A stretch of 56,150 nucleotides of DNA from Vitrella brassicaformis CCMP3155 (taxonomy: Eukaryota; Protista; Chromerida): assembly GCA_001179505.1 (NCBI GenBank), contig CDMY01000536.1:1-56150 (forward strand), given 5' to 3'. Positions 23,269-34,700 of this stretch are shown one piece after another. The notes beneath the pieces are model-generated. The model made no database searches. It saw nothing but the letters and a program-made list of their open reading frames with translations, and was not told the DNA's origin. Both the position numbers and the translations under genes were made by a program. Position 1 is the first letter of the stretch. Every line of letters begins with the position of its first letter.

Positions 23269-24094
23269 ACCACCGGCCCCCTAACTCGCGAGTGGATCTT
23301 GTCGTCGACCATATGCTTGAGCCGCTGGTAGTAGGTGGGCACGATGAAGACGCGCGCATTCAGCCGACGGCCCGTGTAGCCATTGAACAAGACCTGAAGG
23401 CACACACACGGAGGGAGACGCACGTAGAGTAGATGGATGTCTGTCTGTCTGTCTCTGTGTGTGCGTGCGATTGGGTGTGACTGACCTCCATCCCATGCTT
23501 CTGGTAGCCAAGTGCGTAGTAGGTGGGCCTCCTGAATCCTGCACCCACACACACACCACACACCACACCACACCACTCACAGATAACTGCGAAGCGCTCT
23601 CTCTGTCTGTGTGTGTGTTTTTGTGTGTGTGTGTGTGGTGGGTGGGTGGGTGTGTGTGGTGTGTGTGTGTGTGTGTGGTGTGTGTGTGTGTTGCGGTGTG
23701 TGTGTGTGTGTGGTGGGTGTGGGTGTGTGTGGTGTGTGTGTGGTGTGTGTGTGGTGTGTGTGTGTGTGTGTGTGTTGTGGTGTGTGTGTGTGTGGTGGGT
23801 GTGTGTGTGGTGGGTGTGTGTGTGTGTGGTGTGTGTGTGTGGTGGGTGGGTGGGTGTGTGTGTGTGGGTGTGTGTGGGTGTGGTGTGTGTGTGTGTTGTG
23901 GTGTGTGTGTGTGTTGTGGTGTGTGTGTGTGTGTGTGTGTGTGTGCCTACCGTACGAGTCGCCCCAGGAGCATCCTGTGGACCATGTAGCCGATGTAGTA
24001 GGCCGTCCGGGCCAGCGAGTTGGCGTCAATGCCGAGGTGCGGCAGAAGCTCCTTGCACAGCAGCTCTCCTCCTTCGTCACCGTCGTGGCTGGGC
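22663..24094 (-). pseudogene. RPB2: Unprocessed RPB2 (RNA polymerase II second-largest subunit) pseudogene fragment
   Basis: [74 protein letters not shown] are present. 1-nt frameshift near 22990, TGA at 22965-22967, N-terminus and central part absent. Confidence 0.92.
23585..23945 (+). repeat. ~360-bp degenerate (GT)n/(GGT)n tract in an RPB2 pseudogene intron
   Basis: Directly visible. Confidence 0.97.
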
Positions 24095-24561
24095 CTACAC
24101 ACACCAGCCCAGGGACAGACACGGGCGCATCGCATCGATAAGGGTGTGGTGTAGATGTGTGTGTGGGGGGGGGATGGAGGGCGACGCTACGCCATTCACC
24201 AAAGTGAGCAAACAGATGCCTGCCGTCACAACACAAGGATGCACATTCAATTGGCGAAATTGTGCGTGTACTGTATCTCCTCACCGGGTCTGTCAATGAA
24301 TGAAGTGCTCTTCAGGGACACGCCACACGTGATTTCAAACAATAGAAAGCGAAGATCCAAGGGTGTACTGTACCTCCTCAAACATCACAGGCTCACATCT
24401 TTCCTGCCTCTGATCTGCATCCAAGCTCGCAGTTGGCGATCGTTCCAGGGGCAAGAAAATCCACTGGCAGACAAGCGACGACTGGCAGACAGATTCTGGA
24501 AGCAATTTATTGAGGTGATCATTGCCAGAACCTCCAAAGGCCTTTTGTGGCAACCTGGCCG

Positions 24562-27500
24562 ATGCAGGTGTGCTGGAAGACGGATCTATCACTCCGCAGC
24601 CACCTCCCTGTGTTGGTGTGCTTTGTGCTTGATTGATCGGGTCTTTCAGAGCGCTTCTGAGAGTGCGCTGGGCAAGCGGACGGCCGCTGAGGCGCTGCTG
24701 AGTGATCTGCCCGAAAATCTCACAGATCAGCAAGTCCAGCAGCTCCTCAATGACGCAGACCAGGTCACACCACACACCCACACTCATCTAGTACCTCCCT
24801 AAAGTCAATGAGCATTCACTCTTGTCTGTCTGTCTGTCTGTCTGGCTGATGGTGTGTGTTCACTCTCAGCTTCCAGTGGAGAGCATCACGGCGTCCAACA
24901 TTCGCCGGGTGGTGGCGCAGTTCGACAAGAAGATCAAGAAAAATGCCGAGATGCGAATCAAGTTCGATGGAGACCCTGAAAAGTGAGTCGACGAGCGGGA
25001 GGGAGGGAGAGAGAGAGGGAGGGAGGGAAGCGACCAAACCACAACCTCTCACACGGACAGACAGACACACAGGCAGACAGGCGCACACCACACGGTGTGT
25101 CGACTTACAGGTTTCTGAAGAGCGAGGTAGATTTGGATGAGGAGGTCAAGAAGCTGGAGCAGCTGTCGTCCATGCCCGAGCTGTATCCGGAGTTCATCCA
25201 GCTGGGGGGAGCCCCCATGCTCGTCGGGCTGCTCAGCCATGCCAACACAGGCAAGCCAAGCCGGGAGGGGGAAGAGGGCGCTGATGTGATGTGGGGGAGG
25301 CACACGGGGGGGTCTGTCTGCGTGTATTGATTGCTTGGTGTGCGGACTGCAGACATTGCTGTGGAGGTGATGAATGTGTTGAACGAGCTGACGGACCCCG
25401 ACACCGTCCTCGACGCCTCAGAGCCTCAGGCATTCATCGACGCACTCGTAGGCCAACGCATACGATACGTGTCATGATCCTTGCATGCAGGTCGAGTGTG
25501 CTTCTTTGTCCGTGTTCTGCCTCCCTCCCCTCCCAGATAGCGTGTCAGCTGCCAGAATTGTCCGTAGAGCTGCTCACCAGGATCAAAGAAGGTATGCTGG
25601 TGCAATGGACAGAGAGATGGATGGATGGATGGATGGAATGCGCCAAGCCAACACATGCATGTGTGTATCAAGCGCCGATTCCTCTTGTTCCCCCTGTCTG
25701 TCCATGCGCATTGCATTCCTTGCAGACGACAGCGATGAGGATTTCCAGGCGGTGTCGAGCACACTCAGTGTCATCGAGAACCTCTGTGGTAGGGCTGGCT
25801 GGCTGTGGCGCTGTCACTGATTGATGGGCGGCAGAGCATCTGCCATGTTTGTTTCAGACCTGCAGCCCGAGACGGCGATATCGCGGTATTTCAACGTGCC
25901 CAAGTGAGTGAGTGAGCATGAGAGTCCACCACAGCCAAGCCACTGCCTGCTCGGCTCGCGTGCATCAGGTTCATTCCGTGGCTCCTGAAGCGCATTCGGT
26001 CGCCGGACAAGGCCGACAAAATCGACTACAACCGCGTGTAAGCAAACACGCCTCTCACACCGTCAGCACAAAGTGCAGCCCTGTCTGTCTGTCCGTCCGT
26101 CCGTCCGTCCGTGTGTGTGGGTGGCATGACATGGCAGTTACTCTGCGGAGATTCTGAGTATATTTCTGCAGCAGTCGCGTGAGTGCCGTGAGATGGTGGG
26201 CCGCACGGAGGCCCACCTCGACGGCGTCGACAAGCTGCTGAGGTGCATCTCCGCCTACAGGAAGACAGACCCGGACAGCAGCGAAGAGGTAGCCCAGGCA
26301 GCTGGGCGGACGGATGGGAGCAATGGCCATGCCACCCGCCATGCGCGTGTGTGCAGGAGGAGTACGTGTCGAACCTGTTCTCGTGCCTGTGCAGCCTGAT
26401 GATGGTGTAAGCACCCGCCCACCTCAGCCTTCGTCCCTCCATCCATCCATCCATCCATCCATCTGTGCTGGGCTGTGTTGTATTGTATTGTGCTACATGC
26501 ATGTATCCTTCCTTTGGTTTGATCAGTTCGGAGCACCAGGTCAGGTTTGGGCAGATCCAGGGCATCGATTTGGCGATTCGCATGATGAAGTGAGAGGGCA
26601 GTACAGACAGACAGACACACTGGCGGGCGAGGGTGTGCCGTGTGCTGTGCTGTGCTGCCATCACTGTTCTGTTCAGGGAGCGTAAGTTCGCGTGCCGCCT
26701 GGCGCTGCGTCTGCTCAACTACGCCCTGCAGGGATGCGCACCCAACTGCCAAGTCTTTGTGGAGAAGTGAGCAGACAGAGAGGCGCACATAGGTCACTCA
26801 GCCCGCATCTCGATAAATGGAATGTCCTCGTCCGTCAGGGCTGGTCTGAAGACCATGTTTTCGATGTTCATGAGGAAGGGCGTCAAGGGCAAGAGAGCAT
26901 CCACCGAAGAGAGGGAAGACGACGGTAGGTAAACCTGACAGGCAGACAGACAGACAGACAGGCAGGCAGGGAGCCAACTGGGCAGCCGACGGGGGAGAGC
27001 CTCACTGTGTGTGTGGATCGGTCCATGTGCCTGCCTGTGTCCATCCATCCATCCATCCATCCATGTGGTTGGTTCAGAGCACTGCTGCGCCTGCATCCAC
27101 TCGCTCTGCCGCTTCTGCACCGGCACTGAAACAGGTGAGTGAATGCCGATCGGCACCAGACAGACCACCCGACCCCACCCGACCCACAAGACATCTCCCC
27201 CGCTCTGTTGCGATGAATGCACGTGTGTGTGTGTGCAGCCCGTGTGCTCAACAAGTTCACGGAGAACACCTTTGAGAAGCTGGAGCGGCTGCTGGAGCTC
27301 CACGACACCTACAAAACACGGGTGCGGCACCGGTGGAGAGAGGAAGGGAGGGAGGGGGGGACAATCCATCCATCCCTGTCTATAATGGGTGTGTGTTGGT
27401 GTGTGCAGGTCGAGGAGGCAGAGGAGCGGTTCAAAACACGCGAAAGGGACGATGAGGAACTCAAAGAGGTACATAGCTCTCGGGGTGTGTGCAAGCAGGC

Positions 27501-28015
27501 GGGCTGCAGCGGATTCCCTCGACTCTGTGTGTGTGTGTGTGTGTGTCTGTGTGAGTGCTTGTACAGCTCGAGGTTGACGAGAATGAGCAGCGGTTTCTCG
27601 ACAGGTGTGAGAACGGCCTCTTCACTCTACAGCAGATCGACCTCATCATTCTGCGACTCGCTAACATGGGCAACGAAGCGGTCAGTGCCAGTCCATCCCA
27701 TTCACTGCTGCACACTGGGTGTGTGTGGCACCTGCACATGGGTTGGTGGCCTCAGGTGCGGAGTCGTTTGCTGGCTCTCCTGGGCGTCAAGGGCATTGCC
27801 ACCAAGGAGGTAGTTGACGTCGTCACCGAATATGCACAGAACCTGGGCCAAGACGCTAAGGTGTGTTCGCACACAACCTCACTGCCTGCGGTGGCACCGC
27901 ACAGACGTTTGTGTGTGCGTGTGTGTGTGTGCGTGCGTGTGTGTGTGTGCAGGCGGAGAAGGATGAGCTGCCGGGTCTGTTCGGTGCGTTGCAGGACCAG
28001 CCAGCCCAAACATAA
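24562..28015 (+). CDS. CTNNBL1: Beta-catenin-like protein 1 (Prp19/NTC spliceosome component), many exons; start tentative
   Basis: KKNAEMRIKFDGDPEKFLKSEVDLDEE, LLSHANTDIA, YSAEILSIFLQ, EEYVSNLFSCLC, GLKTMFSMFM, RCENGLFTLQQID motifs; ends LQDQPAQT-TAA. Confidence 0.93.
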
Positions 28016-28517
28016 GTGAGGGGGTCAAAAGGGCTGGGGAGGGAGGGAGGGAGGGAGGGAGGGAGGGCAGGCACAAGACAGACCCGGGATGCGTGTGTGT
28101 GTAAGTGTGACTTGCCATGTAGTATGGACGAGGTCGTAAGACTGAGATTTGATCTGATTGCATGTCTGAAGCTAGCTGGATAAAGGGTCTCGGCAGACGT
28201 GCTGGCTGGACTCACTCACTCACTAATCGCACATCACATAACATCAAGGCTTTAAGTATCTGTCTGTCTGTTTAGGTCCTCTCCCATATAAAGCCACAGA
28301 CACAGCACACGGCCTACCTACCTTCACATAAGCTTCACAGCCACACATAGATACCGACACGAGGGCACACACCACACCACACATCAGTCAGTCAGACTGC
28401 CAGTGACTGAGTGAGTGAGTGAGTGAGTCAGGGGGCGGGTCAGTCTCTCGCTATACACACACATGCACACTGATTGACACACATACATACATCGTCCGAG
28501 CAGCACTGTTGCCCCGA

Positions 28518-28578
28518 GCAAGGCAAGGCAAGGCAAGGCATTCACGCAAGGCAAGGCATTCACGCCTTGCCTTGCCTT
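28518..28578. repeat. (GCAAG)n / (CCTTG)n inverted microsatellite hairpin downstream of the VPS13-like stop
   Basis: CAAGGCAAGGC-ATTCAC-GCCTTGCCTTG perfect stem; the left arm is duplicated. Confidence 0.8.
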
Positions 28579-28705
28579 CGTTCCTTGATGCGTTCGTTCC
28601 ATCGATGGTCATACTGTACACCGACCGAGACGACAGATAGATACAGGCCTGCCTGCCTGCCTGCCTGCCTGCCCGCATAAGACACCCCCACCGCACCACA
28701 CCCAC

Positions 28706-31700
28706 TCACAGTGCTTGTGGCCGCGACGGGTCTTGCATCGACCCCTCAGCCGGCGACCCCCCACCATCCTCATCCCTCTCCCGGTCCCCAATGCGCTGCG
28801 GCGCTGCTGCTGCTGCATCCGACAACCTGCCGTCAAGCAGCCCCGAGGCCAGCTCATCCAAACGGAGGGGCGTCGGGGTCAGGTTGCGCTGGTGTGACGG
28901 CGTTCCCACGGGACTCGGGGCGGGGGCGACAGCCGCCAGACGCTGCTGCTGTGAACTCCCTGACACAACTGAGTGTGCCGCAGGTGTGGCCAGGGGATGG
29001 TAAGGGACGGGGGGATGATTGGGGGACAGCAACAACCCCGGAGCAGCCACGGGGAATGCACTTGGACTGGGCGTCCGCATGCCGCCCAGACGTTGCGGAT
29101 CGACAATCGAGTCGGCAGGCTCCCGCTCCCGCTCCCGCCCGACGGAGTGCTGTGAGTGCGACGATACCTGGCGGAAGGGCAATGGGGCTGACGGCAGCCG
29201 GTCCACCTGCATAAACATCGAGTCGGTCGACCCGCGAGGCCGCCGCGATGACGTTGACGGGCGTGAGGTCATGGGGGAGCCACGGATGCGGTCTTGGCTC
29301 GGCCGGGAGCGTCTTCGGAAGGTTTCGGCTGGCCGCAGTGGGTGACGATACTGCTGCTGGCTTGATGAAGAGGAGCCTGTGGCAGTGCTGCCCTTCCAGC
29401 CGAGGACCGACTGGACAGTCCGGTTAGCGGTGCGCACGGACGCGGTTAAGAGGGAGCCGACGCCAAATGGGTCGACGGCCAGGGCGTCGTTGGGCGCGAG
29501 CATGTCCTCCAAGGCCACCAGACCGAGCAGACGGCGGAGAGCCTGCATGACAGCCAAGCAGTCGATCGGTTCAGGACAGGAGATGATCTCAGTTTCTTGT
29601 CTGGCTCAGCTCAATGACCGACCTGATATCCGATGCTCTTTATGCGCGAGAGCGGCGTCCCCATGACGTCAATCGAAAACACAAACCGATGCCTGCAGAG
29701 ACACACACAGACACACACGGACACAGACACACTCAGGAGTAGGTGTATGGTGTGGTTTATGGTGGGGGGGATGGTGTGTACTGACCATTGTTTGTATAGT
29801 TGGCTGAGGAAGTGTGTCCTGATGAGCCCCCGGATGTCAGCTGTGGTGAACAGCCGACTGTTGTGCTGGATCGGGTCCCACCGGAAGTCCGCCTCACGAA
29901 GCACCAGGAACTGACAATACACACGCACATGGACACACACGCACACACAGCCAGCCGGCCGTTTTGCAGATGCAGACGAGCCCGCCCCAGCACCCCACCC
30001 CACCTGTGTGTTGTGCTCACCTTGATGACTTTGTAGATTGAGATGTTGATCTGGAGGCTCTGCACCCACACGAAGTCGACATAGATGTACGGCCCGCCGC
30101 GCAATGCTCCCTCCGGCGGCGGCTCAACAATGGCCACCATGCCCACGTTGGCCGCGCCCCCAGTGGTGCCGTCATCGGGCTGCAGCGCCTCGAGCATCGC
30201 GCGGAAGGCCTTGCCGAGGGGCTTGAGCACCGAGTCGACCAAACCGAAGTCGAGCTGCACTGCCAGTGGGGCGCAGTGGACCGTCAGTTGGTTGATGTGG
30301 AGGTGCACCTCCTTCCTTCCCGCCTCCTTGCCGCCCACTGACAGTTGGTGCAGCCACTCATCCTTCAGCTGGATGTCCAGCCGCAGCAGGAAGGTCGGCA
30401 GTGCCACTGACGACGGATACGGATGTGTGTCAGATGACACGGGCACGTCGGGCGCTTCGGGGGCGTCTTCGGCGAGTGACGGCAGCCCGGGCTGGCGGGG
30501 TGGGCGTCGCCACCTGCCGTGGCTGGTGCTGTGGGGTGGGCTGCTGTGGGGTGGGATGCCGAAGGAAGGGCTGGACGGTGCCTCCGCCCCCTCGCCACCT
30601 CGTGCTGCGCGTGGTCGCAGGATGTGGGGCATGGGGGTGACGGCCGAAAGGTTGAAGAGGTCGATCGACCCCACAGACACCGTCAGCCGCTGCAACTGCA
30701 CTCGCTGCGCGTCGCCCGTCACTTTCTTGGTGGACACTGCCACGTTCCTCAGGAGCAGCTCCAGAGGCACCAGCAGCGCCCTCCCGCGGCTCGTGTAGCC
30801 GATGCCACCTCGGGGATGTGTCGTGGGGCCACCGCGTGTACAGGGCAGGGACTTGTCGATGGCGACCACCACCTCACGAATGGTCAGGCTCAGTGTCATC
30901 GGCAGCTGGCGGCCTCCACTGGCATGTGCGGACATGGCTGCATGCGGCCCGACCGCCGACCCTTGGAGGCTTTTCCTCTCACTCGGCCAGGTCATGCCGC
31001 CCATGGCCTCGGAGGGAGGGAGGGGCGACTCGACGGCAGCAGCAGCACCTGCAGCACCAGCAGCCATTGTGGACTCCGACACCATCTCGCCCTCAATGGA
31101 CACCATCGTGGTGGGCCCATGGCGGCGCACGCTCACGGCAGCCAAATACCGACAGTGCCGGGCCTGCAGCCCGTCTCTCCTGAACTGCATCAGCAGCGTC
31201 TCGACGGCGTGATGCAGCTGGCCCTCACACCCACACAGCGCCGCACTCACGATGCTCCCCCCCGCCGTGCGCGCAAGGGTGCGGGCGTGAACACTCTCGA
31301 TTGGGCTGGGGGCCATCGGTGGCAGAACTCGCCGCTGCTGCTGTGGCGGCACAGCAGCAGGGGTGTCGCAGGGAGGCGGTGCATCGGGCTGGGGCGGCTC
31401 ACGCGATGGCGTTGGTGGGTGCGGGGCCTCAGCTGCCTCCGTGCGTCGGCTGCCATCCGGGGTGGGGGATGGTTGGAATCGCCAGACGGAGAAGGAGATG
31501 TGATCGGTGCCAGGCTTGTCCAGGTCAACGGTGAGTGCCACCTCGGGCAGCCCTCTCTCGCCGGCCTCGCCTTGCGACGTGTCGAAGTGGAGCGGCCGTA
31601 TGGCTATGCCGATGTGCCGCTGGCCCCAGGGGTCATCCAAACCGAACGCCGTCTCGACGTCGGGCGGGATGCACAAAGGGTGCCGCGAGCCGCGCTGGAT

Positions 31701-34700
31701 GACGTACACTCGAAGGGGCAGCTGGTGACGGAACAGCAGCAGGGGAGCCGGGCCGTCGTGGGTCGGCGGTCTTGGGACAAAGCCAGGTCGCTGGAAGGGC
31801 GTGTCCACAATGATAAAGGTGATCCCGGCGTGTTCGAGGATCTGCAGGTGGACCAGGTCGGTCCGCACGGCGTCTGGATCAAGCAGCCGTGAGCCCGCAC
31901 TCGCACTCCTGGCCCCCTTGCCACTCGTCTGCATGATGGAGTGCAAGTTGAGGTAGGCCGACTGCGGGCGGTTGCAATCGATGGCCGGCGACCACACGGC
32001 GTTGTAAGTCGACCACGTGGGGGCGTCCTGATGGGCTGCCCTGGCGCGGGAACGCCGGCCCTCTCTCGCCCTGCCGCCATCTCCTGCATCGTGTCCACCC
32101 AGTGACGCGTCGCCATAGTGTCGTCGGATGAGAAGGCACTTGTGCTTGTTGGCGTCCCGCCACGATAAGGCGAACAGCTGGCCCGAGGCGAGGGTCGCCC
32201 TGGCCCGCCCGGCAGTTGGGGGGTCTGGTTGGTGTGACCTGGGAGGGCTGAGGCTGAGGGAGCCCTCACTCTGCCCGATGGCCTGCTGCTGCTGGAACTC
32301 CAGCAGGAAGGGACAACGGTTCAGCAGCACGTGCTTGGGCTTGAAGCTTATCACTATCGCCTGAGGGAGGGAAGGGAATGAACGAACCAGCCAGCACTGA
32401 CTCATGCCATGCTGTAGATGGGAGCGTGTGTATGTCTTGGCTCACTCACCTCATCGAACTCTGGCCCCTTCATCTCACAGTCGAATGAGACCTCCTTGCC
32501 CCCAGCCAGCGTGATGTCGTACGGCCCGCTCTCCGAAAAAGACGCCCCCAGCTTCCGCACAGCGCCTTTCTTGTGAGTCAGGACGATCGACTGCAGCCTC
32601 GACGACCGCAATCCATCACCCCTCAGTGCGAACGACATGTGCCGGCTCGACAGCAGTGCGGGCTGACACGCCGCAATCTCACAGCCGCTCTCCACTGGCT
32701 GCTGCAAGTCCTCCTGTAGCTCGGCAGCTGCGTCCGTGAGGAAGGTCAGGAGAGATGGGGGTGCGGGGGGTTTGCCGTCCTTGTCGCCTCGCGGGCTGGC
32801 CCATGACTTGCCGTTGAGCCCCCACAGCCCCCCTCTCTGCTTAGACGTCGGGGCGCCCGGGGCGTCTCTGTCCCTCAGCTGTCGGGCGAAGGAGGGGCAT
32901 GGCGGCAGGTTGACGGCCGCCCCGAATCCATCGGTGGCCGTGGGGCTGAAGGCCGGGAGGTACTCGAGGTGCAGCGGGGTGTAGTTGAGGAGCCAGAAAT
33001 GGCAGCTGGTTCGGATGCACAGCACGTCGCCGTCGAAACTCACCTTGACCTGCACATCGATTGTCCCGCCGTCGGTCACGCCGCACCCCACCATGTGCGT
33101 CACGTGATACAGGAGGCCACCGTGCCGCCGACCCCGACCCCGGCCCCGACCGCTGCTGCCCGCAGACGAGTCCATCAAACTCTGGCTGCTCCGGCTGTCC
33201 ACATCGCCAGCTGGGGCCGAGTCGGCCGTGAACGTGCTGCCGACGCTCTGGTGCAGCCCCTGCTGCTGGAAGTTCGCGTCAGATGCCGCGCTCTGCTTGC
33301 CGTGTGGCGACTCCTGCGGAGCCGACACAGACCGGAGAGACGATTGGGGCAGCAGGTCCGTTGCGATGGGCATGGGATGGGGGCGTGTGGGGGCCATCTC
33401 AGGCCACATGTCCACTGAAGCATCGTCCCGTCGTGACGTCGGCGACCTGATCGGCAGGATCGCGCCAGAGGGTTGGCCGGCCATGGTGCTAACGCCACCC
33501 AGGTGAACCGGTGACGGCAATGGCGACGTGACCTTGACGCGCGGCCGCGCCCCCTCCTGCTGCGCCATGGGTGTCTGCGTCACCCGATGTGGTCTGCGGG
33601 GTGGGGAGGGTGGCGGCTGGCCAGTGAGGGCAGGGAGTGCAATCTCGAGTGGGTCGCTCCAGTCGCCTCCCGGGAAGCGGAGGCTGAGCAGGAGGGGCTT
33701 GTTCCAGTCGAACAGCGTCAGGCCCTCGTCATGGCCCGGCGGGAGGCAGCGCGTGATGTCCCTGTGTGGGATCTCTTGAGACACAGACCACCAAAGCGAC
33801 CTGTGAAATGAATGACGACCAAAGCCACACATGCACATGAGGAGGGAGGGAGGGAGATTGCTGAATATTCTTGCGTCGCTAGACCCTGACCTGGGGAGGC
33901 AGTTCCTGAGCCGGACTGGCTCAAAGAAGGTGAGCAGTAGGGCCGTGTCGTGGTCGACGCTCTCCGTCTTGAGGCCGCAGACGAAGGTGCGCTGTGCGGA
34001 GACGACTGCCGTGAGGATGGAGCAGCGGCTGATGGCGGCCTCCTGTGCAGCGGCATTGGTGGTCTTGAAGTTGCATGAGGCCGTCCAGACGGGGCCTGTC
34101 TCGGACCGCAGCTTGACAATGAGGCTGACGCAGTACGCACACACGCTCAGGGGGACGGGCTTCAGCTGCTGCGGCAGCAGCTCGCACTGCCAGTCCTGCA
34201 GGCACACAAGAAGGCAAGGCTTGAGTGGATCAATGCGCACCACTGTGTTCTCTGTCTGGTGATGTCTCGGCTCACCGCACTAGCGTTCGATTCGGCAAGG
34301 AAGAGTATTTCGATGGGGTATGTCAGGTTGCTCTGCACCCGCACCGGGCTGCCCAGCTGCAGCACCCGCCGGCCCATCAAGGCTGTCTCGAGAATCGTCA
34401 GCTGCCCGAACCGCCCACTCTGCGACGCCCGCGTGTTGCTACCCGTGTCATACACGGGGGCGAAGTCCCTCAAAACCTGAAAAAGTTCAAGAGATTCGCG
34501 ACGCGAAACAGTGGAGAACACATGGGTGTGTGTATGGGGCGGGGCACTGACTGACCTGCAGAGGAAGAACCCGATTCGCCATGGGGAAGTCGGGTACGTC
34601 GAGGTGCAGCGACGAGGCCTTGTGGAAGTCGAAGAGCAGGGCCTCCTCGCCAGGGTACAGCTCACCACACCGCGGGGGGCCGTCCGGTTCGCCCCCGGGC

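Noticed and set aside
22663-24094. Functional mini-RPB2 or a Pol IV/V-like specialised subunit
   Set aside because: Frameshift, nonsense codon, lost zinc ligand and missing catalytic regions indicate decay.
23459-24299. Cys/Val-rich and His/Thr-rich ORFs
   Set aside because: Translations of the GT microsatellite.
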